Source of the DNA: Leptogorgia sarmentosa
Taxonomy: Eukaryota
Direction: 5' to 3'
DNA length: 64,000 nucleotides
NCBI GenBank assembly: GCA_964658305.1
Contig: OZ210885.1
Location: forward strand, 26,164,001-26,228,000
Shown: positions 1 to 16,100 of the stretch, one piece after another
Layout: each line of letters begins with the position of its first letter
Numbering within the stretch: position 1 is the stretch's first letter
Program-made: the position numbers and the translations under genes
The notes under the pieces: model-generated
Database searches by the model: none
Told to the model about the DNA's origin: nothing
What the model saw: the letters and a program-made list of their open reading frames with translations, nothing else

Positions 1-3000
1 TAAATCAAATTCCTGATAGTGAATCATCATCGTCAATCATAATCATGATCGTTAATCGTAATCATGATCGTTAATCATAATCATGATCGTTAATGATATT
101 CATGATCGTTAATCATAATCATGATCGTTAATCATAATCATGATCGTTAATCATAATCATGACCGTTAATCAAAATCATGACCGCTAATCATAATCATGA
201 TCCTTTATCATATTCATGACCGTTAATCATAATCATGATCGTTAATCATAATCATGATCGTTAATCATAATCATGATCGTTAATTATAATCATGACCGCT
301 AATCATAATCATGATCGTCAATCATAATCATGACAGCTAATCATAATCATGATCGTTAATTATAATCATGATCGTTAATCATATTCATGATCGTTAATCA
401 TAATCATGATCGTTAATCATAATCATGATCGTTAATCATAATCATGATCGTTAATCATAATCATGACTGTTAATCAAAATCATGACCGCTAATCATAATC
501 ATGATCCTTAATCATATTCATGATCGTTAATCATAATCATGATCGTTAATCATATTCATGATCGTTAATCATAATCATGATCGACAATCATAATCATGAT
601 CGTTAATCATAATCATGATCGTGAATCATAATCATGATCGCTAATCATAATCATGATAATTAATCAAATTCATGATCGTCAATCATCATCGTTACTCATA
701 ATCATGATCGTTAATCATAATCATGATCGTTAATCATAATCATGATCGTCAATCATGATCGTTAATCATACTCATGATCGTTAATGATATTCATGATCGT
801 TAATCATAATCATGATCGTTAATCATAATCATGATCGTTAATCATAATCATGACCGTTAATCAAAATCACGACCGCTAATCATAATCATGATCCTTTATC
901 ATATTCATGACCGTTAATCATAATCATGATCGTTAATCATAATCATGATCGTTAATCATATTCATGATCGTTAATCATAATCATGATCGTCAATCATGAT
1001 CGTTAATCATATTCATGATCGTTAATCATAATCATGATCGACAATCATAATCATGACCGCTAATCATAATCATGATCCTCAATCATAATCATGACCGCTA
1101 ATCATAATCATGATAATTAATCAAATTCATGATCATCAATCATCATCGTTAATCATAATCAAGATCGTTAATCATAATCATCATCGTTAATCATGGTCAT
1201 GATCGTTAATCATAATCATGATCGTTAATCATAATCATGACTGCTAATCATAATCATGATCGTTAATCATAATCATGATCGTCAATCATGATCGTTAATC
1301 ATATTCATGATCGTTAATCATAATCATGATCGACAATCATAATCATGACCGCTAATCATAATCATGATCCTCAATCATAATCATGACCGTTAATCATAAT
1401 CATGATAATTAATCAAATTCATGATCGTCAATCATCATCGTTAATCATAATCAAGATCGTTAATCATAATCATCATCGTTAATAATGGTCATGATCGTTA
1501 ATCATAATCATGATCGTAAATCAAATTCCTGATAGTCAATCATCATCGTCAATGATAATCATGATCGTTAATCGTAATCATGACCGCTAATCATAATCAT
1601 GATCGTTAATCATAATCATGATCGACAATCATAATCATGATCGTTAATCATAATCATGATCGTGAATCATAATCATGATCGCTAATCATAATCATGACCG
1701 CTAATCATAATCATGATCCTTTATCATATACATGATCGTTAATCATAATCATGATCGTTAATCATAATCATGACTGCTAATCATAATCATGATCGTTAAT
1801 CATAATCATGATCGTCAATCATGATCGTTAATCATATTCATGACCGTTAATCATAATCATGATCGACAATCATAATCATGACCGCCAATCATAAACATGA
1901 TCCTCAATCATAATCATGACCGCTAATCATAATCATGATAATTAGTCAAATTCATGATCGTCAATCATCATCGTTAATCATAATCATGATCGTTAATCAT
2001 AATCATGATCGTTAATCATAATCATGATCGTTAATCATAATCATGACTGCTAATCATAATCATGATCGTTAATCATAATCATGATCGTCAAACTTGATCG
2101 TTAATCATATTCATGACCGTTAATCATAATCATGATCGACAATCATAATCATGACCGCTAATCATAAACATGATCCTCAATCAAAATCATGACCGCTAAT
2201 CATAATCATGATCCTTAATCATATTCATGATCGTTAATCATAATCATGATCGTTAATCATATTCATGATCGTTAATCATAATCATGATCGACAATCATAA
2301 TCATGATCGTTAATAATAATCATGATCGTGAAGCATAATCATGATCGCTAATCATAATCATGATAATTAATCAAATTCATGATCGTCAATCATCATCGTT
2401 ACTCATAATCATGATCGTTAATCATAATCATGATCGTTAATCATGGTCATGATCGTTAATCATAATCATGATCGTAAATCAAATTCCTGATAGTCAATCA
2501 TCATCGTTACTCATAATCATGATCGTTAATCATAATCATGATCGTTAATCATAATCATGACCGCTAATCATAATCATGATCGTTAATCATAATCATGATT
2601 GTCAATCATGATCGTTAATCATATTCATGATCGTTAATCATAATCATGATCGTCAATCATCATCATGATCGTTAATCATAATCATGATTGTCAATCATGA
2701 TCGTTAATCATAATCATGATCGTTAATCATATTCATGATCATTAATCATAATCATGATCGACAATCATAATCATGACCGCTAATCATAATCATGATCGTT
2801 AATCATATTCATGATCGTTAATCATAATCATGATCGTCAATCATAATCATGACCGCTAATCATAATCATGATAATTAATCAAATTCATGATCGTCAATCA
2901 TCATCGTTACTCATAATCATGATCGTTAATCATAATCATGATCGTTAATCATAGTCATGATCGTTAATCATAATCATGATCGTAAATCAAATTCCTGATA

Positions 3001-4156
3001 GTCAATCATCATCGTCAATCATAATCATGATCGTTAATCGTAATCATGATCGTTAATCATAATCATGATCGTTAATCATATTCATGATCGTTAATCATAA
3101 TCATGATCGTTAATCATAATCATGATCGTTAATCATAATCATGACCGTTAATCAAAATCATGACCGCTAATCATAATCATGATCCTTAATCATATTCATG
3201 ATCGTTAATTATAATCATGATCGTCAATCATAATCATGACCGCTAATCATCATCATGATCGTTAATCATAATCATGATCGTCAATCATCATCATGATCGT
3301 TAATCATAATCATGATCGTCAATCATAATGATGACCGCTAATCATAATAATGATCGTCAATCATAATCATGACTGCTAATCATAATCATGATCGTTAATC
3401 ATAATCATGATCGTTAATCATATTCATGATCGTTAATCATAATCATGATCGTCAATCATAATCATGACCGATAATCATAATCATGATCGTTAATCATATT
3501 CATGATCGTTAATCATAATCATGATCGTCAATCATCATCATGATCGTTAATCATAATCATGATCGTCAATCATGATCGTTAATCATAATCATGATCATTA
3601 ATCATATTCATGATCGTTAATCATAATCATGATCGACATTCATAATCATGACCGCTAATCATAATCATGATCGTTAATCATAATCATGATCGTCAATCAT
3701 GATCGTTAATCATATTCATGATCGTTAATCATAATCATGATCGTCAATCATCATCATGATCGTTAATCATAATCATGATTGTCAATCATGATCGTTAATC
3801 ATAATCATGATCGTTAATCATATTCATGATCATTAATCATAATCATGATCGACAATCATAATCATGACCGCTAATCATAATCATGATCGTTAATCATATT
3901 CATGATCGTTAATCATAATCATGATCGTCAATCATAATCATGACTGCTAATCATAATCATAATAATTAATCAAATTCATGATCGTCAATCATCATCGTTA
4001 CTCATAATCATGATCGTTAATCATAATCATGATCGTTAATCATGGTCATGATCGTTAATCATAATCATGATCGTAAATCAAATTCCTGATAGTCAATCAT
4101 CATGGTCAATCATAATCATGATCGTTAATCGTAATCATGATCGTTAATTATTATCA
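1..4156 (-). repeat. Satellite DNA, 19-bp monomer, left domain (reads GTTAATCATAATCATGATC on +); runs off the window start
   Basis: Continuous tandem GTTAATCATAATCATGATC with point variants and 13-bp short units; reverse complement of the monomer to the right; no ORF >=60 aa. Confidence 0.98.
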
Positions 4157-7100
4157 TGATTATTATTAACCATCATAATTAACGATCATGATTAACGATC
4201 ATGATCATGATTAACGATCACGATTATGATTAACGATCATGATTATGATTAACGTTCGTGATTATGATTAGCGGTCATGATAATGATTAACGATCATGTT
4301 TATGATTAACGATCATGATTATGATTAAAGATCACGATTATGATTAACGATCATGAATATGATTAACGATCATGATTATGATTAACGATCATGATTACGA
4401 TTAACGATGATGATTATGATTGACGATGATGATTGACTATCAGGAATTCGATTTACGATCATGATTATGATTAACGATCATGACCATGATTAACGATCAT
4501 GATTATGATTAGCGGTCATGATTATGATTGACGATCATGATTATGATTAACGATCATGAAGATGATTAACGATCATGATTATGATTAACGATCATGATTA
4601 TGATTAACGAACATGATTATGATTAACGATCATGATTATGATTAACGAACATGATTATGATTAACCGCCATGATTATGATTAGCGATCATGATTATGACT
4701 AACGATCATGATTATGATTGACGATCACGATTAGCAATCATGATTATAATTAAGGATCATGATTAATATTAACGATCATGATTATGACTAACGATAATGA
4801 TTGTGTTTAACGATCATGATTAAGATCAACGATCATGATTATGATTAACGAACATGATTATGTTTAATGATCGTGATTAACGATCATGAATATGATTAAC
4901 GATCATGATTATGATTAACGATCATGATAACGATTAACGATCATGATTATGATTAACGATGATGATTGACGATCAGGAATTCGATTTACGATCCTGATTA
5001 TGATTAACGATCATGACCATGATTAACGATCATGATTATGATTAACGATGATGATTGACGATCATGAATTTGATTAATTATCATAATTATGATTAGTGGT
5101 CATGATTATGATTGACGATCATGATTATGATTGAGGTTCATGAATATGATTAACGATCATGAATATGATTAACGATCATGATTATGATTAGCGGTCATGA
5201 TTATGATTGTCGATCATGATTATGATTAACGATCATGAATATGATTAACGATCAGGATTATGATTAACGATCATGATTGACGATCGTGATTTTGATTAAC
5301 GAACATGATGATGATTGACGATCATGATTATGATTAACGATCATGAATATGATTAACGATCATGATTGACGATCATGAATATGATTAACAATCATGATTA
5401 TGATTAGCGGTCACGATTATGATTGACGATCATGATTATGATTAACGATCATTAATATGATTAACGTTCATGATTATGATTAACTGTCATGATTATAATT
5501 AACGATCGTGCTTATGATAAACGATCATAATAAAGACTCACGATCATGATTATCATTACTGATTATGGTTAACGATCATGATTATGATTAACGATCATGA
5601 CTATGATTAACGATCATGATTAACGGCCGTGAATTTGATTAACGATCATGATTATGATTAAAGATTATGATTATGATTAATGATCATGATTATGATTTAC
5701 GACCATGATTAACGATCATGATTATGATTAACGACCATGATTATGATTAACGATCATAATTATCATTGACGATCATGGTTATGATTAACGATCATGATCA
5801 TGATTAAAGATTATGATTATGATTAATGATCATGATTATTATAAACGATCATGCTTAACGATCATGATTATGCTTAACGATCATGATTATGATTAACGAT
5901 CATGAATATGATTAAAGATCCTGAATATGATTAACGATGATGACTATGATTAACGATCATGATTACGATAAACGATCATGGTTATGATTACGATCATGAT
6001 TATGATTAACGATCATGATTATGATCAACGATCATGATTAACGATCATGAATTTGATTAACGATCATGATTATGATCAAAGATCATGATTAACGATCATA
6101 TTAACGATCATGATTATGATTAACGATGATGATTTTGATTAACGATCATGATTACGATTAAAGATTATGATTATGATTAATGATCATGATTATGGTTAAC
6201 GATCATGATTAACGATCATGATTAAGATTAACGAACATGATTATGATTAACGATCCTGAATATGATTAACGATCATGATTATGATTAACGATCATGATTA
6301 TCATTGACGATCATGGTTATGATTAACGATCATGATTTTCATTAACGATCATGATTATGATTAACCATCATGATTAACGATCATGATTAACGATCATGAT
6401 CATGATTAACGATCACGATTATGATTAACGATCATGATTACGATTAACGATCATGATTAACAAACATGATTATGATTAACGATCATGATTAACGATCATG
6501 ATTATGATTGACGATCATTATTATGATTAACGAACGTGATTATGATTAACAATCATGATTAACGATCACATTAACGATCATAATTATTATTAATGATCAT
6601 GATTTTGACTAACGATCATGATTATGATTAAAGATCATGATTAACGATCATATTAACGATCATGATGATGATTGACGATCATGATTATGATTAACGATCA
6701 TGAATATGATTAACGATCATGATTGGCGATCATGATTATGATTAACGATCATGATTATGATTAGCGGTCACGATTATGATTGACGATCATGATTATGATT
6801 AACGATCATTAATATGATTAACGATCATTAATATGATTAACGTTCATGATTATGATTAACTGTCATGATTATAATTAACGATCATGCTTATGATAAACGA
6901 TCATAATAAAGACTCACGATCATGATTATCATTACTGATTATGGTTAACGATCATGATTATGATTAACGATCATGATTATGATTAACGTTCGTGATTATG
7001 ATTAACTGTCATGATTATAATTAACGATCATGCTTATGATAAACGATCATAATAAAGATTCACGATCATGATTATCACTACTGATTATGATTAATGATCA

Positions 7101-10100
7101 TGATTATGATTAACGATCATGATTATGATTAACGATCGTGATTATGATTAACGATCATCAATTTGATTAACGATCATGATTATGATCAAAGATCATGATT
7201 AGCGATCATATTAACGATCATGATAATGATTAACGATGATGATTTTGATTAACGATCATGATTATGATTAAAGATTATGATTATGATTAATGATCATGAT
7301 TATGATTAACGATCATGATTAACGATCATGATTACGATTAACGATTATGATTATGATTGACGATCATGATTATGATTAACGATCCTGAATATGATTAACG
7401 ATCCTGATTATGATTAACGATCATGATTATCTTTGACGATCATAGTTATCATTAACGATCATGATTATGATTGACGATCATGATTATTATTAACCATCAT
7501 AATTAACGATCATGCTTATGATAAACGATCATAATAAAGACTCACGATCATGATTATCATTACTGATTATGATTAACGATCACGATTATGATAAACGATC
7601 ATGATTAATATTAACGATCATGATTATGATTAACGATAATGATTGTGTTTAACGATCATGATTAAGATCAACGATCATGATTATGATTAACGAACATGAT
7701 TATGTTTAATGATCGTGATTAACGATCATGATTATGATTAACGATCATCATTATGATTAACGATCATGAATATGATTAACGATCATGATTATGATTAACG
7801 ATCATGATTACGATTAACGATCATGATTATGATTAACGATGATGATTGACGATCAGGAATTCGATTTATGATCATGATTATGATTAACGATCATGCCCAT
7901 GATGAACGATCATGATTATGATTAACGATGATGATTGACGATCATGAATTTGATTAATTATCATAATTATGATTAGCGGTCATGATTATGATTGACGATC
8001 ATGACTATGATTAACGTTCATGAATATGATTAACGATCATGAATATGATTAACGATCATGATTATGATTAGCGGTCATGAATATGATTAACGATCATGAT
8101 TATGATTAGCGGTCATGATTATGATTGTCGATCATGATTATGATTAACGATCATGAATATGATTAACGATCAGGATTATGATTAACGATCATCATTGACG
8201 ATCGTGATTTTGATTAACGAACATGATGATGATTGACGATCATGATTATGATTAACGATCATGAATATGATTAACGATCATGATTGACGATCATGAATAT
8301 GATTAACAATCATGATTATGATTAGCGGTCACGATTATGATTGACGATCATGATTATGATTAACGATCATGATTATGATTAGCGGTCATGATTATGATTG
8401 TCGATCATGATTATGATTAACGATCATGAATATGATTAACGATCATGATTATGATTAACAATCATGGTTGACGATCATGATTATGATTAACAATCATGAT
8501 GATGATTGACGATCATGATTATGATTAACGATCATGAATATGATTAACGATCATGATTGACGATCATGATTATGATTGACTATCATGATTATGATTAGCG
8601 GTCATGATTATGATTGACGATCATGATTATGATTAACGATCACGAATATGATTGAGGATCATGATTATGATTAGCGGTCATGATTATGATTAACGATCAT
8701 GATTATGATTAACGATCATGATTATGATTAACGATCACGATTATGATTAACGATCATGAATATGATTAACGATCATGATTATGATTAACGATCATGATTA
8801 CGATTAACGATGATGATTATGATTGAGGATGATGATTGACTATCAGGAATTCGATTTACGATCATGATTATGATTAACGATCATGATTATCTTTGACGAT
8901 CATGGTTATCATTAACGATCATGATTATGATTGACGATCATGATTATGATTAACGATCATGAAGATGATTAACGATCATGATTATGATTGACGATCATGA
9001 TTATGATTAACGAACATGATTATGATTAACGATCATGATTATGATTAACGAACATGATTATGATTAACCGCCATGATTATGATTAGCGATCATGATTATC
9101 ACTAACGATCATGATTATGATTAACGATCACGATTAGCAATCATGATTATAATTAAGCATCATGATTAATATTAACGATCATGATGATGATTAACGATAA
9201 TGATTGTGTTTAACGATCATGATTAAGATCAACGATCATGATTATGATTAACGAACATGATTATGTTTAATGATCGTGATTAACGATCATGATTATGATT
9301 AACGATCATGATTGTGATTAACGATCATGAATATGAATAACGATCATGATTATGATTAACGATCATGATTACGATTAACGATCATTATTATGATTAGCGA
9401 TGATGATTGACGATCAGGAATTCGATTTACGATCATGATTATGATTAACGATCATGATTAATATTAACCATCATGATTAACGATCATGATTAACGATCAT
9501 GATCATGATTAACGATCACGATTATGATTAACGATCATGATTATGATTAACGTTCGTGATTATGATTAGCGGTCATGATAATGATTAACGATCATGTTTA
9601 TGATTAACGATCATGATTATGATTAACGATCACGATTATGATTAACGATCATGATTATTATTAACCATCATAATTAACGATCATGATTAACGACCATGAT
9701 CATGATTAACGATCACGATTATGATTAACGATCATGATTATGATTAACGTTCGTGATTATGATTAGCGGTCATGATAATGATTAACGATCATGTTTATGA
9801 TTAACGATCATGATTATGATTAACGATCACGATTATGATTAACGATCATGAATATGATTAACGATCATGATTATGATTAACGATCATGATTACGATTAAC
9901 GATGATGATTATGATTGAGGATGATGATTGACTATCAGGAATTCGATTTACGGTCATGATTATGATTAACGATCATGACCATGATTAACGATCATGATTA
10001 TGATTAGCGGTCATGATTATGATTGACGATCATGATCATGATTAACGATCATAAAGATGATTAACGATCATGATTATGATTGACGATCATGATTATGATT

Positions 10101-13100
10101 AACGAACATGATTATGATTAACGATCATGATTATGATTAACGAACATGATTATGATTAACCGCCATGATTATGATTAGCGATCATGATTATCACTAACGA
10201 TCATGATTATGATTAACGATCACGATTAGCAATCATGATTATAATTAAGCATCCTGATTAATATTAACGATCATGATTATGATTAACGATAATGATTGTG
10301 TTTAACGATCATGATTAAGATCAACGATCATGATTATGATTAACGAACATCATTATGTTTAATGATCGTGATTAACGATCATGATTATGATTAACGATCA
10401 TGATTGTGATTAACGATCATGAATATGAATAACGATCATGATTATGATTAACGATCATGATTACGATTAACGATCATTATTATGATTAGCGATGATGATT
10501 GACGATCAGGAATTCGATTTACGATCATGATTATGATTAACGATCATGACCATGATTAACGATCATGACCATGATTAACGATCATGATTATGATTAGCGG
10601 TCATGATTATGATTGTCGATCATGATTATGATTAACGATTATGAATATGATTAACGATCATGATTATGATTAACAATCATGATTGACGATCATGATTATG
10701 ATTAACGATCATGATTGACGATCATGATTATGATTGACTATCATGATTATGATTAGCGGTCATGATTATGATTGACGATCATGATTATGATTAACGATCA
10801 TGAATATGATTAACGATCATGATTGACGATCATGATTATGATTGACTATCATGATTATGATTTGCGGTCATGATTATGATTGACGATGATGATTATGATC
10901 AAAGATCATGATTAGCGATCATATTAACGATCATGATTATGATTAACGATGATGATTTTGATTAACGATCATGATTATGATTAAAGATTATGATTATGAT
11001 TAATGATCATGATTATGATTAACGATCATGATTAGCGATCATGATTATGATTAACGATCATGATTATGATTAACGATCATGATTATGGTTAGCGATTATG
11101 ATTATCATTGACGATCATGGTTATGGTTAACGATCATGATTATGATTAACGATGATGATTTTGATTAACGATCATGATTATGATTAAAGATTATGATTAT
11201 GATTAATGATCATGATTATGATTAACGATCATGATAAGCGATCATGATTATGATTAACGATCATGATTATGATTAACGATCATGATTATGATTAGCGATT
11301 ATGATTATCATTGACGATCATGGTTATGGTTGACGATAATGATTATGATTAACGATCATGATTATGATTAACGATGATGACTTTGATTAACGATCATGAT
11401 TATGATTAAAGATTATGATTATGATTAATGATCATGATTATGATTAACGATCATGATTAACGATCATGATTATGATTAACTATCATGATTATGATTAACG
11501 ATCATGATTATGATTAACGATCATGATTACGATTAACGATTATGATTATGATTGACGATCATGATTATTATTAACGATCCTGAATATGATTAACGATCAT
11601 GATTATGATTAACGATCATGATTATCTTTGACGATCATAGTTATCATTAACGATCATGATTATGATTAACGATCATGATTATTATTAACCATCATAATTA
11701 ACGATCATGCTTATGATAAACGATCATAATAAAGACTCACGATCATGATTATCATTACTGATTATGATTAACGATCACGATTATGATTAACGACCATGAT
11801 TAATATTAACGATCATGATTATGATTAACGATAATGATTGTGTTTAACGATCATGATTAAGATCAACGATCATGATTATGATTAACGAACATGATTATGT
11901 TTAATGATCGTGATTAACGATCATGATTATGATTAACGATCATCATTATGATTAACGATCATGAATATGATTAACGATCATGATTATGATTAACGATCAT
12001 GATTACGATTAACGATCATGATTATGATTAACGATGATGATTGACGATCAGGAATTCGATTTATGATCATGATTATGATTAACGATCATGACCATGATTA
12101 ACGATCATGATTATGATTAACGATGATGATTGACGATCATGAATTTGATTAATTATTATAATTATGATTAGCGGTCATGATTATGATTGACGATCATGAT
12201 TATGATTAACGTTCATGAATATGAGTAACGATCATGAATATGATTAACGATCATGATTATGATTAGCGGTCATGATTATGATTGTCGATCATGATTAACG
12301 ATCATGATTATGATTAACTATCATGATTATGATTAACGATCATGATTATGATTAACGATCATGATTACGATTAACGATTATGATTATGATTGACGATGAT
12401 GATTATGATTAACGATCATGATTATGATTAACCATCATGATTAACGATCATGATTAACGATCATGATGATGATTAACGATCACGATTATGATTAACGATC
12501 ATGATTATGATTATCGCTCGTGATTATGATTAACTGTCATGATTATAATTAGCGATCATGCTTATGATAAACGATCATAATAAAGATTCACGATCATGAT
12601 TATCACTACTGATTATGATTAATGATCATGATTTGATTAACGATCATGATTATGATTAACGATCGTGATTATGATTAACGATCATGAATTTGATTAACGA
12701 TCATGATTATGATCAAAGATCATGATTAGCGATCATATTAACGATCATGATTATGATTAACGATGATGATTTTGATTAACGATCATGATTATGATTAAAG
12801 ATTATGATTATGATTAATGATCATGATTATGATTAACGATGATGATTAACGATCATGATTATGATTAACTATCATGATTATGATTAACGATCATGATTAT
12901 GATTAACGATCATGATTATCTTTGACGATCATGGTTATCATTAACGATCATGATTATGATTAACGATCATGATTATTATTAACCATCATAATTAACGATC
13001 ATGCTTATGATAAACGATGATAATAAAGACTCACGAACATGATTATCATTACTGATTATGATTAACGATCACGATTATGATTAACGATCATGATTAATAT

Positions 13101-16100
13101 TAACGATAATGATTATGATTAACGATAATGATTGTGTTTAACGATCATGATTAAGATCAACGATCATGATTATGATTAACGAACATGATTATGTTTAATG
13201 ATCGTGATTAACGATCATGATTATGATTAACGATCATGATTATGATTAACGATCATGAATATGATTAACGATCATGATTATGATTAACGATCATGGTTAT
13301 GATTAACGATCATGATTATGATTAACCATCATGAATATGATTAACGATCATGATTATGATTAACAATCATGATTGACGATCATGATTATGATTAACGATC
13401 ATGATTGACGATCATGATTATGATTGACTATCATGATTACGATTAGCGGTCATGATTATGATTGACGATCATGATTATGATTAACGATCATGAATATGAT
13501 TAACGATCATGATTATGATTAACGATCATGATTACGATTAACGATTATGATTATGATTGACGATCATCATTATGATTAACGATCCTGAATATGATTAACG
13601 ATCATGATTATGATTAACGATCATGATTAACTTTGACGATCATGGTTATCATTAACGATCATGATTATGATTAACGATCATGATTATTATTAACCATCAT
13701 AATTAACGATCATGCTTATGATAAACGATGATAATAAAGACTCACGAACATGATTATCATTACTGATTATGATTAACGATCACGATTATGATTAACGATC
13801 ATGATTAATATTAACGATCATGATTATGATTAACGATAATGATTGTGTTTAACGATCATGATTAAGATCAACGATCATGATTATGATTAACGAACATGAT
13901 TATGTTTAATGATCGTGATTAACGATCATGATTATGATTAACGATCATGATTATGATTAACGATCATGAATATGATTAACGATCATGATTATGATTAACG
14001 ATCATGGTTATGATTAACGATCATGATTATGATTAACCATCATGAATATGATTAACGATCATGATTATGATTAACAATCATGATTGACGATCATGATTAT
14101 GATTAACGATCATGATTGACGATCATGATTATGATTGACTATCATGATTACGATTAGCGGTCATGATTATGATTGACGATCATGATTATGATTAACGATC
14201 ATGAATATGATTAACGATCATGATTATGATTAACGATCATGATTACGATTAACGATTATGATTATGATTGACGATCATCATTATGATTAACGATCCTGAA
14301 TATGATTAACGATCATGATTATGATTAACGATCATGATTAACTTTGACGATCATGGTTATCATTAACGATCATGATTATGATTATCGATCATGATTATTA
14401 TTAACCATCATGATTAACGATCATGATTAACGATCATGATCATGATTAACGATCACGATTATGATTAACGATCATGATTATGATTAACGTTCGTGATTAT
14501 GATTAGCGGTCATGATAATGATTAACGATCATGTTTATGATTAACGATCATGATTATGATTAACGATCACGATTACGATTAACGATCATGAATATGATTA
14601 ACGATCATGATTATGATTAACGATCATGATTACGATTAACGATGATGATTATGATTGAGGATGATGATTGACTATCAGGAATTCGATTTACGATCATGAT
14701 TATGATTAACGATCATGACCATGATTAACGATCATGATTATGATTAGCGGTCATGATTATGATTGACGATCATGATTATGATTAACGATCATGAAGATGA
14801 TTAACGATCATGATTATGATTGACGATCATGATTATGATTAACGAACATGATTATGATTAACGATCATGATTATGATTAACGAACATGATTATGATTAAC
14901 CGCCATGATTATGATTAGCGATCATGATTATCACTAACGATCATGATTATGATTAACGATCATGATTATCTTTGACGATCATGGTTATCATTAACGATCA
15001 TGATTATGATTAACGATCATGATTATTATTAACCATCATAATTAACGATCATGCTTATGATAAACGATCATAATAAAGACTCACGATCATGATTATCATT
15101 ACTGATTATGATTAACGATCACGATTATGATTAACGACCATGATTAATATTAACGATCATGATTATGATTAACGATAATGATTGTGTTTAACGATCATGA
15201 TTAAGATCAACGATCATGATTATGATTAACGAACATGATTATGTTTAATGATCGTGATTAACGATCATGATTATGATTAACGATCATGATTATGATTAAC
15301 GATCATGATTACGATTAACGATGATGATTATGATTGAGGATGATGATTGACTATCAGGAATTCGATTTACGATCATGATTATGATTAACGATCATGACCA
15401 TGATTAACGATCATGATTATGATTAGCGGTCATGATTATGATTGACGATCATGATTATGATTAACGATCATGAAGATCATTAACGATCATGATTATGATT
15501 GACGATCATGATTATGATTAACGAACATGAATATGATTAACGATCATGATTATGATTAACGAACATGATTATGATTAACCGCCATGATTATGATTAGCGA
15601 TCATGATTATCACTAACGATCATGATTATGATTAACGATCACGATTAGCAATCATGATTATAATTAAGCATCATGATTAACATTAACGATCATGATGATG
15701 ATTAACGATAATGATTGTGTTTAACGATCATGATTAAGATCAACGATCATGATTATGATTAACGAACATGATTATGTTTAATGATCGTGATTAACGATCA
15801 TGATTATGATTAACGATCATGATTATGATTAACGATCATGAATATGATTAACGATCATGATTATGATTAACGATCATGGTTATGATTAACGATCATGATT
15901 ATGATTAACCATCATGAATATGATTAACGATCATGATTATGATTAACAATCATGATTGACGATCATGATTATGATTAACGATCATGATTGACGATCATGA
16001 TTATGATTGACTATCATGATTATGATTAGCGGTCATGATTATGATTGACGATCATGATTATGATTAACGATCATGAATATGATTAACGATCATGATTGTG

